NCBI GenBank assembly: GCA_963792415.1
Contig: CAWBVY010000004.1
Coordinates: 256,001 to 320,000 of the forward strand
Length of the DNA stretch: 64,000 bases
Reading direction: 5' to 3'
DNA from: Candidatus Deferrimicrobiaceae bacterium
GTDB lineage: Bacteria > Desulfobacterota > Deferrimicrobia > Deferrimicrobiales > Deferrimicrobiaceae
Shown here: positions 1 to 9,361 of the stretch, one piece after another
Layout: every line of letters begins with the position of its first letter
Position numbering within the stretch: the first letter of the stretch is position 1
Translations under genes and position numbers: made by a program
The notes under the pieces: generated by a model
Told to the model about the DNA's origin: nothing
The model's input: only the letters and a program-made list of their open reading frames with translations
Database searches by the model: none

Positions 1-309
1 CGGTTCGCGCTCGCCGACCGGATCGCCCTCGGCCGGTTCGCGCTCGAGATCGGGGACCGTCACTGCGGCCTGTGCGGCGCGTGCGGCGGCGTCTGCCCCC
101 GCGGCGTGGAGGTCCCGAGCGTACTGCGGGCGCTGACGTACCTCGAGGGGTACCGGGAGGAGGATCTGGCGCGCTCCGCCTACGGTTCCCTCCCGCCGGG
201 CCGGAACGCCGCCGCCTGCGGGGAGTGCGCGGCGTGCCTCGTCGCGTGCCGGCTGCGGCTGCCGGTGGGGCGGCTCGCGCGAAGAGCCCACGGGCGGCTT
301 GCCGGATGA
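1..309 (+). CDS. C-terminal part of an aldo/keto reductase-type protein with 4Fe-4S dicluster tail (5' truncated by window)
   Basis: Frame 1 open from base 1; CGLCGACGGVCP and CGECAACLVACR ferredoxin motifs; TGA overlaps next ATG. Confidence 0.7.
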   Translation, partial: RFALADRIALGRFALEIGDRHCGLCGACGGVCPRGVEVPSVLRALTYLEGYREEDLARSAYGSLPPGRNAAACGECAACLVACRLRLPVGRLARRAHGRLAG

Positions 310-1199
310 AGACGGTCCTCCTTGCGGCGCTGCTGCTCCTCGCGATCGCCGTTTCCCCGGCCGGGGCGGCGGATTCGGGGGATCCCGTCCTCGGGGCAAT
401 CGCGGCGAAAGGGGAGTGGAAGCTCCTCGAGCCCGTGCGGTCTTTCGGCCCCGACAACCTTTACGAGGAGATCGACGGCGAAGCCGAGCTGGTGCTCCCG
501 TACGGGATGGTACGTATGACGGTCGCCGTCCTCGGCAGGACGGCGAGACCCGGTTCCGAGGTGCGACTGGAGATGTACCGGATGGCCTCTCCCCGGGACG
601 CCTACGGGATCTGGTCCCAGTACCGGTACCCGGACCAGGAGGTTCTCCCGATTCCTCCCACGGAGGCGATCGTCTCGGACACCTCGGCCGACTTCTTCCG
701 GGGCGAGACGTTCGTGCGCATCCGTTCGAAGCCCGGAGACGGATCCCGGAGCGAGGTGGTCGGGATCTCCTCGGAGATCGTCGCGCTTCTTGCAGGCAGC
801 GGCTCTCCGCCGGAGGAGGCGAGGGCGCTCTCCGACCTGCAGGGGAGGGTCTCCGGATCGATCCTCTACCAGAAACGGGCGATGCTGGGCTACGAATGCC
901 TGGCCCCGGGGTTCGAGGCGAAGTTCTCCACCGCCTCCTCCTCCGGCCACTATCTGCTCCTGCCGCCAGCGGCGGACGGCGGCGCCGGGCGGAAGGCGCG
1001 CCTCGCACGGGAGCTTCCGGCGTACCGGGAGGTGCATCCGAACTTGTTCAACGCACGGATCCCATCCGGCAACGTATGGATGACCGCGGAGGGCGGATGC
1101 GTCCTCGCTGTTGCCGGGAAGATCCCCCGGGATCAGGCCGAGCCGCTCCTTTCCTCCTTCGCGCGGCGGGTGCGGGGCACCTGCCGCGCCGCCCCTTGA
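306..1199 (+). CDS. Exported protein, DUF6599-like
   Basis: ATGA overlap with upstream stop; signal peptide MKTVLLAALLLLAIAVSPAGA; NLYEEIDGEAE and DAYGIWS motifs. Confidence 0.6.
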   Translation: MKTVLLAALLLLAIAVSPAGAADSGDPVLGAIAAKGEWKLLEPVRSFGPDNLYEEIDGEAELVLPYGMVRMTVAVLGRTARPGSEVRLEMYRMASPRDAYGIWSQYRYPDQEVLPIPPTEAIVSDTSADFFRGETFVRIRSKPGDGSRSEVVGISSEIVALLAGSGSPPEEARALSDLQGRVSGSILYQKRAMLGYECLAPGFEAKFSTASSSGHYLLLPPAADGGAGRKARLARELPAYREVHPNLFNARIPSGNVWMTAEGGCVLAVAGKIPRDQAEPLLSSFARRVRGTCRAAP

Positions 1200-1225
1200 A
1201 TCCCGGCTTCCGGAAAGGAGCGCAG

Positions 1226-1768
1226 ATGCCGATTCGATCCGTCTTCATGGCCTTTGCCGCACTCGGCTCGATCCTCGTCCTCGCGGGCTGCCACTGGTGG
1301 GGCAGGTCGACCGCGCCCCCCCTGGCGGTGGTCCCGAGCGTCGATCTCTCGCGGTACGCCGGGACGTGGTACGAGATCGCGAAGTATCCGAACCGGTTCC
1401 AGCGGGGGTGCGTCGGCGCCACGGCGGAGTACACCCTTTCGCCGGACGGGAAGCGGGTCGAGGTGGTGAACCGGTGCCGGGAGATCGATACCGGGAAAGC
1501 GCGGTCGGTCCGCGGGAAAGCGCGGGTGGTCGATCCGACGACGAACGCGAAACTCTCGGTCACCTTCTTCTGGCCGTTCTCGGGCGACTACTGGATCCTC
1601 GCGCTGGGGGAGGAGTACGAATACGCGTTCGTCGGCACCCCCGACCGGAAATACCTCTGGTTCCTGGCACGTACGCCGACGATCGGGGACGACCTGTATG
1701 GACACCTCGTCGATCTTGCGCGCGCGCGGGGATTCGACCCGGCCCGGATCGAGAGGTCGGAGCGGTGA
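1226..1768 (+). CDS. blc: Lipocalin (Blc-like outer membrane lipoprotein)
   Basis: AAGGAG RBS; lipobox VLAGC; VDLSRYAGTWYEIAKYP, FFWPFSGDYWIL and YLWFLARTP lipocalin motifs. Confidence 0.88.
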   Translation: MPIRSVFMAFAALGSILVLAGCHWWGRSTAPPLAVVPSVDLSRYAGTWYEIAKYPNRFQRGCVGATAEYTLSPDGKRVEVVNRCREIDTGKARSVRGKARVVDPTTNAKLSVTFFWPFSGDYWILALGEEYEYAFVGTPDRKYLWFLARTPTIGDDLYGHLVDLARARGFDPARIERSER

Positions 1769-1805
1769 ACGGGCTCCCGGGTCGGCGCGATCGGGGGGCC
1801 GCGGG

Positions 1806-2285
1806 GTGACGCCGTCCGTATTGCGGGAAGTGCAGCGTCTGCCGATCTCCGTCCCGGAGGCGTGGACCTTCTTCTCCGATCCCCGGAACCTTCCCCGGAT
1901 CACGCCCCCCTCGCTCGGGCTCGAGGTGACGTCGGACCTCCCCGGGAAGATGTACCCAGGCATGATCATCACGTACAACGTCCGCCCGATTCCGTGGGTC
2001 CGGGTGGGGTGGGTCACGGAGATCACCCACGTGCGGGAGCCGTCGCTGTTCGTGGACGAGCAGCGGTTCGGGCCGTACCGGTTCTGGCACCACGAGCACC
2101 ACTTTCGCAAGGTCGAAGGGGGGGTGGAGATGGAGGACCTGGTCCACTACGCCCTTCCGCTGGGAACGATCGGGAGCCTGTTCGGCGGTCCCCCGGTGCG
2201 GCGCCGGCTCGCGGAGATCTTCGCCTTCCGTCGCCGGTTTCTCGAAAGGGAATTTGGCCCCGGGATCCACGGACCGCGGGGGTAA
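1806..2285 (+). CDS. SRPBCC/START-like family protein
   Basis: WTFFSDPRNLPRITPP, FVDEQRFGPYRFWHHEH motifs; GTG start inferred. Confidence 0.82.
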   Translation: MTPSVLREVQRLPISVPEAWTFFSDPRNLPRITPPSLGLEVTSDLPGKMYPGMIITYNVRPIPWVRVGWVTEITHVREPSLFVDEQRFGPYRFWHHEHHFRKVEGGVEMEDLVHYALPLGTIGSLFGGPPVRRRLAEIFAFRRRFLEREFGPGIHGPRG

Positions 2286-2294
2286 AGACGAGGG

Positions 2295-3272
2295 CTACCC
2301 TCCCACCCGGGACATCCCCAGGGGGCGCTTTCCGGGGTCGTCGGAGCAGAGCCGGTGTCTGTCCGGCTTGAACCGGACGATCCCCAGGAGCGCCTTTTCC
2401 AATCCCGGCGCCCCGCCTTCCCGAAGCAGCGGCTTCAGATCCACCTCCTCCCGCGAGAACAGGCATCCTCTCGCCATTCCGGAGGCGGTGACCCGGATCC
2501 GGTTGCAATCGCCGCAGAAATGGCCGGAGATGGGGGTGATGACCCCGATGGTGCCCGCCGCCCCCCGGATCCGGTAATCCTTCGCCGGCCCCGCCAGCTC
2601 CCCGCGATCCATCTCTTCGAACGGGTACTGTTTTCCAATCCGGTCGAGAATCTCCTTGCCCGGCACCACGTGGGAGCGCCACTCTCCCTCCTCCGTGCCG
2701 GACGGCATGAATTCGATGAAGCGGACGGTGTACGCCTTGTCCAGGGTGAGGGCCGCGAAATCGACAACCTCGTGGTCGTTGACTCCCCGCATCACCACCA
2801 TGTTCAACTTGATGGGAAAGCCGGCGCGCTCCGCCGCGTCGATCCCGGCGAGAACCCGGGGCAAGTCGCCCCCGCGGGTGATCCGCCGGAAGTTCCGAGG
2901 ATCGAGGGAGTCGATGCTGATGTTGAGGCGCTGGACGCCGGCACGCTTCATCGGCTCCGCCATTTCTTCCAGCAGGAGCCCGTTGGTGGTGAGGACGAGC
3001 TGGCGCAACCCGGGGATCCCGGCCAGGCGGGAGAGGAAGCCGAGGACCTCTTTCCTGAGCAGCGGTTCGCCGCCCGTCACCCGGATCTTTTCGATCCCGA
3101 GGGATACGGCCGTCCGCGCGATGAGAAACAGTTCCTCGTAGGTGAGGATCTCCCCGTGGGGAAGCAGAGGGACTCCGGCCTCCGGCATGCAGTACCGGCA
3201 CCGCAGGTTGCACCGGTCGGTGACGGAGACCCGCAGGTAGTTGATCTTCCTGCCGTGGGCGTCGATCATCAT
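2295..3272 (-). CDS. moaA: GTP 3',8-cyclase MoaA (radical SAM)
   Basis: YLRVSVTDRCNLRCRYCMP, FCGDCNRIR, C-terminal MSRVGG. Confidence 0.96.
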   Translation of the reverse strand: MMIDAHGRKINYLRVSVTDRCNLRCRYCMPEAGVPLLPHGEILTYEELFLIARTAVSLGIEKIRVTGGEPLLRKEVLGFLSRLAGIPGLRQLVLTTNGLLLEEMAEPMKRAGVQRLNISIDSLDPRNFRRITRGGDLPRVLAGIDAAERAGFPIKLNMVVMRGVNDHEVVDFAALTLDKAYTVRFIEFMPSGTEEGEWRSHVVPGKEILDRIGKQYPFEEMDRGELAGPAKDYRIRGAAGTIGVITPISGHFCGDCNRIRVTASGMARGCLFSREEVDLKPLLREGGAPGLEKALLGIVRFKPDRHRLCSDDPGKRPLGMSRVGG

Positions 3273-3330
3273 GGCGCCCATCATTATGCACCATCCGCGC
3301 CCGGGGACCCGTTCCGCCGGCAAATAATTT

Positions 3331-3362
3331 TTGACAACCGTTATATAGATAATAATATAGCG
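3331..3362 (+). promoter_or_regulatory. Sigma70-type promoter overlapped by a ModE operator
   Basis: TTGACA at 3331-3336; CG-T-TATATA-N6-AATATA-G-CG at 3339-3362 matches ModE consensus CGnTATATA-N6-TATATAnCG; modE lies downstream. Confidence 0.8.
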
Positions 3363-3433
3363 CTGTCCGCAAGGAGGTTCCGCCGTTGGTCACGGCGGCC
3401 TAGATCGCCTGCAAGGGAAAGGGGAGCGGGAAA

Positions 3434-4261
3434 ATGAGAAGACTCCTTCGACTTCACGGAACGACCCTGGTCGCCATCCTGCTGGTCATGACGGCCCTTC
3501 CGGCCCGCGCGGAGGAGCGGCTCCGAATGTCCACGACGACCTCCACGGAGAACTCCGGCCTCCTCTCCGTGCTGCTCCCCCCGTTCGAAAAGGAGTGCGA
3601 CTGCCAGGTCGACGTGGTCGCCGTCGGAACCGGAAAAGCGCTGAAGCTTGGTGAAGCGGGCGACGTCGACGTCGTATTCGTCCACGCGCGGAAGCTCGAG
3701 GACAGGTTCGTGGCGAACGGCTTCGGCGTGAACCGTCGTGACGTGATGTACAACGACTTCGTCCTTGTAGGGCCGCCGGACGACCCTGCGGGCGTCGGGA
3801 AGACGCGAAGCGCGACGGAGGCGTTCCGGGCGATTTCAATGAAGGGGAGCCCTTTCATCTCCCGCGGCGACGAATCGGGGACCCACCAGAAGGAGAAGGA
3901 GATCTGGGCGTCCGCCGGGATCGTCCCGAAGGGCGCCTGGTACGTCGAGGCGGGGCAGGGGATGGGGGAGGTCCTGACGATGGCCACGCAGAAGCGCGGG
4001 TATGCCCTCTCCGACCGCGGCACATACATCGCGTTTCGGAAAAAAACCGACCTCGTCGTGCTCCGGCACGGGGATGCCAACCTGTGGAACCCGTACGGGA
4101 TCATCGCCGTCAACCCGAAGAAATTTCCCCACGCGAAATACGGCCTCGCCATGAAGCTCATCGATTTCGTCACGGGGCCGGAGGGCCGGTCCCTCATCTC
4201 GGGGTACAAGGTGGGCGGCGAGCAGCTCTTCTTCGTCGCCGGGGAGGGGAAGAAAAATTAA
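3434..4261 (+). CDS. tupA: Tungstate ABC transporter substrate-binding protein
   Basis: Signal peptide; TTTS signature (STTTSTENSGLL); FISRGDESGTH. Confidence 0.92.
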   Translation: MRRLLRLHGTTLVAILLVMTALPARAEERLRMSTTTSTENSGLLSVLLPPFEKECDCQVDVVAVGTGKALKLGEAGDVDVVFVHARKLEDRFVANGFGVNRRDVMYNDFVLVGPPDDPAGVGKTRSATEAFRAISMKGSPFISRGDESGTHQKEKEIWASAGIVPKGAWYVEAGQGMGEVLTMATQKRGYALSDRGTYIAFRKKTDLVVLRHGDANLWNPYGIIAVNPKKFPHAKYGLAMKLIDFVTGPEGRSLISGYKVGGEQLFFVAGEGKKN

Positions 4262-4352
4262 GGCGAAGCCCGGCGGAAAACGCCCTTCCGGCCCCCGACG
4301 ATCGACGCCGCGCGGGGCGGGTGGAGCCGTTTCGATCGCGGCGACCCTCTCG

Positions 4353-5120
4353 ATGCGGCAGGCGGACCGGGCGCCGGTCGGTGGAAACCGGATCGACCTG
4401 CTGGAGGCGATCGACCGGTGCGGGTCGATCAGCGGCGCCGCCCGCGCGGTGGGGATCAGCTACAAGACCGCATGGGACGCAATGGACGCGATCAACAACG
4501 CCGCGGAAAAACCGCTCGTCCTCCGGGCGGCGGGCGGCGTCGGCGGCGGTGGTACAATTCTCACGGAAGCGGGTAAGGAAATGGTCCGCCTGTACCGCGT
4601 CCTGCAGGGGGAGCATCAAAGGTTCCTCGGGCGCCTCGAGGGGCGTCTCGGTGACCTGGGGCGCCTCTACGCCCTGCTCCGGAGGGTAACCATGCGTGTC
4701 AGCGCGAGGAACGTGTTTCTCGGAAAGGTGAAGGAGGTCCGCAAAGGGGCGGTCAGCACGGAGGTCACCCTCGCGCTTCCGGGGGGGGAGACCCTCTGCT
4801 CGGTCATCACGAACGAGAGCGCCGGGGCCCTGGGTCTCAAGCCCGGGTTGGAGGCGTACGCCTTCTTCAAGGCGAGCGCCGTGATCGTCGGGAAGGATCT
4901 CCACAACGCGAAGGTCAGCGCGCGGAACCTTTTGTGCGGGACCGTGGGCCGGGTCGTGCACGGACCGGTGAACGCCGAGGTGTCGGTGTCCCTGGGGGGC
5001 GGGGCCGTGCTCACGGCGATCGTGACCGAGGAGAGCGCGAAATCCCTGAAGTTTGCGCCCGGCGACCACGTCTGCGCGCTGGTCAAGGCTTCCAGCGTGA
5101 TCCTGGGGGTCGACGCGTGA
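4353..5120 (+). CDS. modE: ModE-family molybdate/tungstate-responsive regulator (wHTH + two TOBE domains); true start probably upstream
   Basis: GSISGAARAVGISYKTAWD, GGVGGGGTILT; two SARN TOBE repeats. Confidence 0.9.
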   Translation: MRQADRAPVGGNRIDLLEAIDRCGSISGAARAVGISYKTAWDAMDAINNAAEKPLVLRAAGGVGGGGTILTEAGKEMVRLYRVLQGEHQRFLGRLEGRLGDLGRLYALLRRVTMRVSARNVFLGKVKEVRKGAVSTEVTLALPGGETLCSVITNESAGALGLKPGLEAYAFFKASAVIVGKDLHNAKVSARNLLCGTVGRVVHGPVNAEVSVSLGGGAVLTAIVTEESAKSLKFAPGDHVCALVKASSVILGVDA

Positions 5121-5167
5121 CCATGCCCGTCAACGAAACGCGGCAGTAGGCGCATCGGGGCCGCTGG

Positions 5168-5854
5168 TTGGATTTCCTCGTTTCCTCCCTCGCCGCGGCC
5201 CTGGGCCTGATCGGGTCGTTCTCCCCCGACGTGGTCGACGCGGTCCGCACCTCCCTGTCGGTCTCCGCGGGGGCGACCGTCTTCGCCGCGCTCTTCGGCG
5301 TCCCGGTGGGCCTTGCCGTCGGCCTTTCCGACTTCCGGTGGAAAGGGTTCGCCGTCACCGCGCTGAACACCCTCATGGCGGTCCCGACGGTGGTGGTGGG
5401 GCTCTTCGTCTACGGGTTCCTGAGCCGGCAAGGACCGCTGGGAGCGCTCGGGCTGCTCTTCACCCCCACGGCGATCGTGATCGGAGGGACATTGCTCGCG
5501 TCCCCGATCGTGGCGAACTACACCCTCGCATCGGTCCGGGGCGCGGACCCGCGGATCCTCCCCACGGCCTTGACACTTGGGGCCGGGCGGTTCCGGGCGG
5601 TCGCCACGCTCGTCGGCGAGATCCGGTTCGGGGTGTTCGCCGCCGTGATCGCCGGCTTCGGGCGGGTCGTAGCGGAGGTCGGCGTCGCGATGATGCTCGG
5701 CGGGAACATCCGCGGATACACGCGAACGATGACGACCGCCATCGCCCTCGAGACCAGCAAGGGGGAATTCTCCTTCGGGATGGCGCTCGGGATCGTCCTC
5801 ATGACCGTTGCGCTGATCGTCAACCTGTTCCTGAGTCTCCTCCAGCGGAGGTAG
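5168..5854 (+). CDS. tupB: Tungstate ABC transporter permease
   Basis: PTVVVGL, GFGRVVAEVGVAMMLGGNIRGYTRTMTTAIALETSKG; TTG start. Confidence 0.92.
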   Translation: MDFLVSSLAAALGLIGSFSPDVVDAVRTSLSVSAGATVFAALFGVPVGLAVGLSDFRWKGFAVTALNTLMAVPTVVVGLFVYGFLSRQGPLGALGLLFTPTAIVIGGTLLASPIVANYTLASVRGADPRILPTALTLGAGRFRAVATLVGEIRFGVFAAVIAGFGRVVAEVGVAMMLGGNIRGYTRTMTTAIALETSKGEFSFGMALGIVLMTVALIVNLFLSLLQRR

Positions 5855-5858
5855 CCGC

Positions 5859-6533
5859 GTGACGGAACTGTACCGGCTCCGGTCGGTCACCAAGAGGTAC
5901 GGAACGAACGTCGCGGTCGACATCGACTCCCTGACGATCGATTCGGGCCGCCTGTACACCCTTACGGGCGCCAACGGTGCGGGGAAGAGCACGCTCCTGG
6001 GGATCCTCGCGTTCCTGACCCCTCCCACCACCGGGGAAATCCTCTATGCGGGGGAGCGGATCGACTGGAAGAGCGATATCGTGAGGGGACTGCGGCGGAA
6101 GGTCACCCTGCTCCACCAGTCCCCGTACCTCTTCGGGGGAACGGTGTTCCGGAACGTGGCGTACGGGCTTTCGGCAAGGGGTGTCGCGGTCGAAGATACG
6201 CTCCGGGCGGTGGACCGGGCGCTTGGAACGGTCGGCCTCGAAGGGTTCCGCGACCGGGACGCGCGGGAGCTTTCCGGGGGGGAGGCGCAGAGGGTGGCGA
6301 TGGCACGCGCACTGGCGCCGGCCCCCGAGGTTCTCCTCCTCGACGAGCCGCTGGCGAACATCGACCGGGAGACCGCGGTAGTTCTGGAAGCGGTCATTGC
6401 TTCGCTCCCGTCGCGGGGGACCACGGTCGTGATGACCACCCACGCCCCGGACCATCCGGCCCGGCGAAGCAGCGGGTCGATCGTGCTGGACGGGGGGAAG
6501 GTCGCACCCCCCCGCGATCCGATGACGGCCTGA
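5859..6533 (+). CDS. tupC: Tungstate ABC transporter ATPase
   Basis: Walker A GANGAGKS, LSGGE signature, LLLDEP; position after tupB. Confidence 0.88.
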   Translation: MTELYRLRSVTKRYGTNVAVDIDSLTIDSGRLYTLTGANGAGKSTLLGILAFLTPPTTGEILYAGERIDWKSDIVRGLRRKVTLLHQSPYLFGGTVFRNVAYGLSARGVAVEDTLRAVDRALGTVGLEGFRDRDARELSGGEAQRVAMARALAPAPEVLLLDEPLANIDRETAVVLEAVIASLPSRGTTVVMTTHAPDHPARRSSGSIVLDGGKVAPPRDPMTA

Positions 6534-6553
6534 CGAACTGGAGGGAGACGCGC

Positions 6554-7756
6554 ATGCCGACGTATGAAGAAGCGAGGAACATCGTGCTGGAGAGCGTCGC
6601 GCCGGTGGGGGCCGAGCGGGTCGAGACCGGCCGCGCGCTGGGGAGGACCCTCGCGGAAGACGTCGCGGCGCCGTGGCCCCTCCCGTTCTGGGACAACTCC
6701 GCGATGGACGGCTACGCCGTCCGGGCGGACGATTGCCGCGTGCCGGTGCGCCTGAAGATCACCGGGTACATCCCGGCGGGGGGGACCGCGTCGGTCCGCG
6801 TTGAGCCCGGGTGCGCCGTCAAGATCATGACCGGCGCTCCGATCCCCGCCGGCTGCGACGCGGTGATCCCGTTCGAGGAGACCGAGGAGGGGGACGGGCA
6901 CGTCGGCGTGAAAGGGAACGTGACGGTCCGCCAGCACATCCGGTTCTGCGGGGAGGACGTGCGGGAGGGAGACCTTGTCCTTCCGGAAGGGACGCCTCTC
7001 CGCCCGCCGGAGATCAGCATGCTCGCCTCCCTCGGGAAGGCGTTCGTCCCGGTCTATCGGAAAGTCCGGGTCGCGGTGCTCTCCACCGGCGACGAGCTGA
7101 TCGAGCTGGGGGAGCCGCCGTCGCCCGGCATGATCATCAACAGCAACAGCGTGGCGGTCGCCGCCGCCATCCGGGAAACGGGGGCGGAGCCGGTGCTCCT
7201 CGGCATCGCGCGCGACGACCTGTCGAGCCACGCGGAAAAGATTTCGGAGGGGTTGAAGGCGGACGCCCTGGTCACCACCGCGGGAGTGTCCGCGGGCGAC
7301 CGGGACCTGGTGCGGGAGGTGCTGGCGAATACGGGCGTCGCGTCCCGCTTCTTTCGGGTCGACATCAAGCCGGGCGGCCCCACCGCCTTCGGGATGAAGG
7401 ACGGGGTGCCGGTCTTCTCCCTTCCGGGGAACCCGGTGTCAGCCCTGATCACGTTCGAGGCGTTCGTCCGGCCCGCGCTCCTCCGGATGATGGGGCGGAA
7501 GAAGGTGGTGCGCCCCCTGGTCAAGGCGACCCTCACAGGGCAGGTGCGGAAAAAAGCGGGGAAGGTGAACTTCCTTCGGGTAGGGATCGAGGTCCGGGGA
7601 GGCGAATATTTCGCCTCCTCCTCCGGGGACCAGAACACGGGGATCCTCAGGACGATGGTTCTCGCCGACGCCCTTGCGGTTCTTCCGGCCGACAAGACCT
7701 CCTTCGCCGCGGGAGAAACGGTGGACGTCTTCCTGCTCGGGGAAACGCTCCAATGA
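6554..7756 (+). CDS. moeA: Molybdopterin molybdo/tungstotransferase MoeA
   Basis: NSAMDGYAVR, IMTGAPIP, STGDEL, GVSAGDRD, LPGNPVS. Confidence 0.95.
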   Translation: MPTYEEARNIVLESVAPVGAERVETGRALGRTLAEDVAAPWPLPFWDNSAMDGYAVRADDCRVPVRLKITGYIPAGGTASVRVEPGCAVKIMTGAPIPAGCDAVIPFEETEEGDGHVGVKGNVTVRQHIRFCGEDVREGDLVLPEGTPLRPPEISMLASLGKAFVPVYRKVRVAVLSTGDELIELGEPPSPGMIINSNSVAVAAAIRETGAEPVLLGIARDDLSSHAEKISEGLKADALVTTAGVSAGDRDLVREVLANTGVASRFFRVDIKPGGPTAFGMKDGVPVFSLPGNPVSALITFEAFVRPALLRMMGRKKVVRPLVKATLTGQVRKKAGKVNFLRVGIEVRGGEYFASSSGDQNTGILRTMVLADALAVLPADKTSFAAGETVDVFLLGETLQ

Positions 7757-7799
7757 ATTCCGGGGCGTGTGAACCGTTCGATGGCCGTGAGATAATCGT

Positions 7800-8276
7800 T
7801 TGCCGGGGGTCGCGCGGTTGAAACCATTCGGAGGAAGCGGATCGGGCGCGCGGGTCGCCGCGGTCTGCATCAGCGAACGGAAGGGGGAGCGGAAGAAGCC
7901 GGTCCCTTCGGTCGCGCTCGTCGCGGACCACGGGGTGCGGGGGGACGCCCACGCCGGGGACGGCCACCGGCAGGTGAGCCTGCTGGCGGCCGAGAGCATC
8001 GAGAAGATGCGGCAAAAGGGGCTTACCGTGTCGGCCGGCGACTTCGCCGAGAACGTGACCACCGAGGGGATCCTTCTGCCGGTGCTTCCGGTGGGGGCGC
8101 GGTTCCGCATCGGGGAGGCGGTCCTCGAGGTGACGCAGATCGGGAAGGAGTGCCACACCCGCTGCGCCATCTACCATCAGGCGGGCGACTGCGTGATGCC
8201 GAGGGAGGGGATCTTTGCCCGGGTCGTCGAGCCCGGCAAGGTCTCTCCGGGGGACGCCATCGAGCGGATCTCCTGA
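7800..8276 (+). CDS. MOSC domain protein (start uncertain, 7800 or 7818)
   Basis: GDAHAGDGHRQVSLL, GDFAENVT, QIGKECHTRCAI, CVMPREGIF. Confidence 0.88.
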   Translation: MPGVARLKPFGGSGSGARVAAVCISERKGERKKPVPSVALVADHGVRGDAHAGDGHRQVSLLAAESIEKMRQKGLTVSAGDFAENVTTEGILLPVLPVGARFRIGEAVLEVTQIGKECHTRCAIYHQAGDCVMPREGIFARVVEPGKVSPGDAIERIS

Positions 8277-8331
8277 GAACGCGGGTCGAATGTTGCCGAA
8301 AGTATGAAACGTAGCGCTTAGGAGTAGGGCA

Positions 8332-8817
8332 ATGCCGTTCAACCATTTCGACGACGGCGGTCGGGCCGTGATGGTGGGTGTGGGGGGGAAGGAGCCGACT
8401 TCCCGCACGGCGGTGGCGCGCGCCACCGTCCTCATGAGGAGGGAGACGGTCGCCGCGATCACGGGCGGCGGCGTGAAGAAGGGAGACGTGCTCGGGATCG
8501 CCCGGATCGCGGGGATCGCCGCCGCGAAGAAGACGTCCGACCTGATCCCGCTGGCGCACCCGATCGCGCTTACCGAAGCGTCGGTCGATTTCGAGGTGGA
8601 CGGGGAGCGGGGAACGGTCGTTGTCACGAGCACCGTGAAGGCGTTCGACCGTACCGGCGCGGAGATGGAGGCGATGGTCTCGGCGTCGGTCGCCGCTCTC
8701 ACGATCTACGACATGTGCAAGGGGGCGGACCGGGGGATCTCGATCGGGGAGGTCTTCCTGCTCTCGAAGGAGGGCGGCAGGAGCGGCGTCTACCGGAGGG
8801 GGGAACCCCGGTCCTGA
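8332..8817 (+). CDS. moaC: Cyclic pyranopterin monophosphate synthase MoaC
   Basis: KKGDVLGIARIAGIAAAKKTSDLIPLAHP, TGAEMEAM, TIYDMCK, KEGGRSG. Confidence 0.95.
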   Translation: MPFNHFDDGGRAVMVGVGGKEPTSRTAVARATVLMRRETVAAITGGGVKKGDVLGIARIAGIAAAKKTSDLIPLAHPIALTEASVDFEVDGERGTVVVTSTVKAFDRTGAEMEAMVSASVAALTIYDMCKGADRGISIGEVFLLSKEGGRSGVYRRGEPRS

Positions 8818-9073
8818 AGGGGGGTCGCACGATCCCTCCCGGAGGGGGCCGCTCTTACCGTCAACCCGACGGAAAAATTCGTGCTTGTGTCCCCACCGCA
8901 AAATCTAATACTATTCATATACAATCTGGCATGGAAGCCGATCAGCCGTAATATGCATCTCATTTTCCACAAGGTGCAGGCAATATGCGTGAAGGGGGGT
9001 GTGCGGAACGCGTGTGTGGACGTGATGGGAAACGCTCTTCTGGGACGAAAATCGAACGAAAGGGAGGGTTTCG

Positions 9074-9361
9074 ATGAGACGAGCATTGGTTGTCTTATGC
9101 GCGATGCTTCTTATCGCCGGGCTGGCCGTCGGTTGCGCGACGTCCAACGCGATCGGGAACGCCCGAGCGCAATTGATGAAAGCGAAAGCCGCGGGGGCCG
9201 ACTATTCGGCGCCGAACGAATACTACTCGGCGGAAGCGTACCTCGGGCAAGCGGTTCGACAGGCGGAAAAAGGGGATACCAAGCAGGCCAACATCTTCAC
9301 GAAGCAGTCGTCGGACTATTCCGCCAAGGCGCTGGAGATGGCCAAGGGAGGTGCGAAATGA
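9074..9361 (+). CDS. Small lipoprotein, DUF4398-like
   Basis: GGAGG RBS; lipobox LAVGC; AKAAGADYSAPNEYYSAE helical motif; overlaps start of OmpA gene. Confidence 0.7.
   Translation: MRRALVVLCAMLLIAGLAVGCATSNAIGNARAQLMKAKAAGADYSAPNEYYSAEAYLGQAVRQAEKGDTKQANIFTKQSSDYSAKALEMAKGGAK

Noticed and set aside
7753-7821. 22-codon ORF bridging the moeA stop and a possible MOSC TTG start
   Set aside because: No recognisable features; cannot be distinguished from chance overlap
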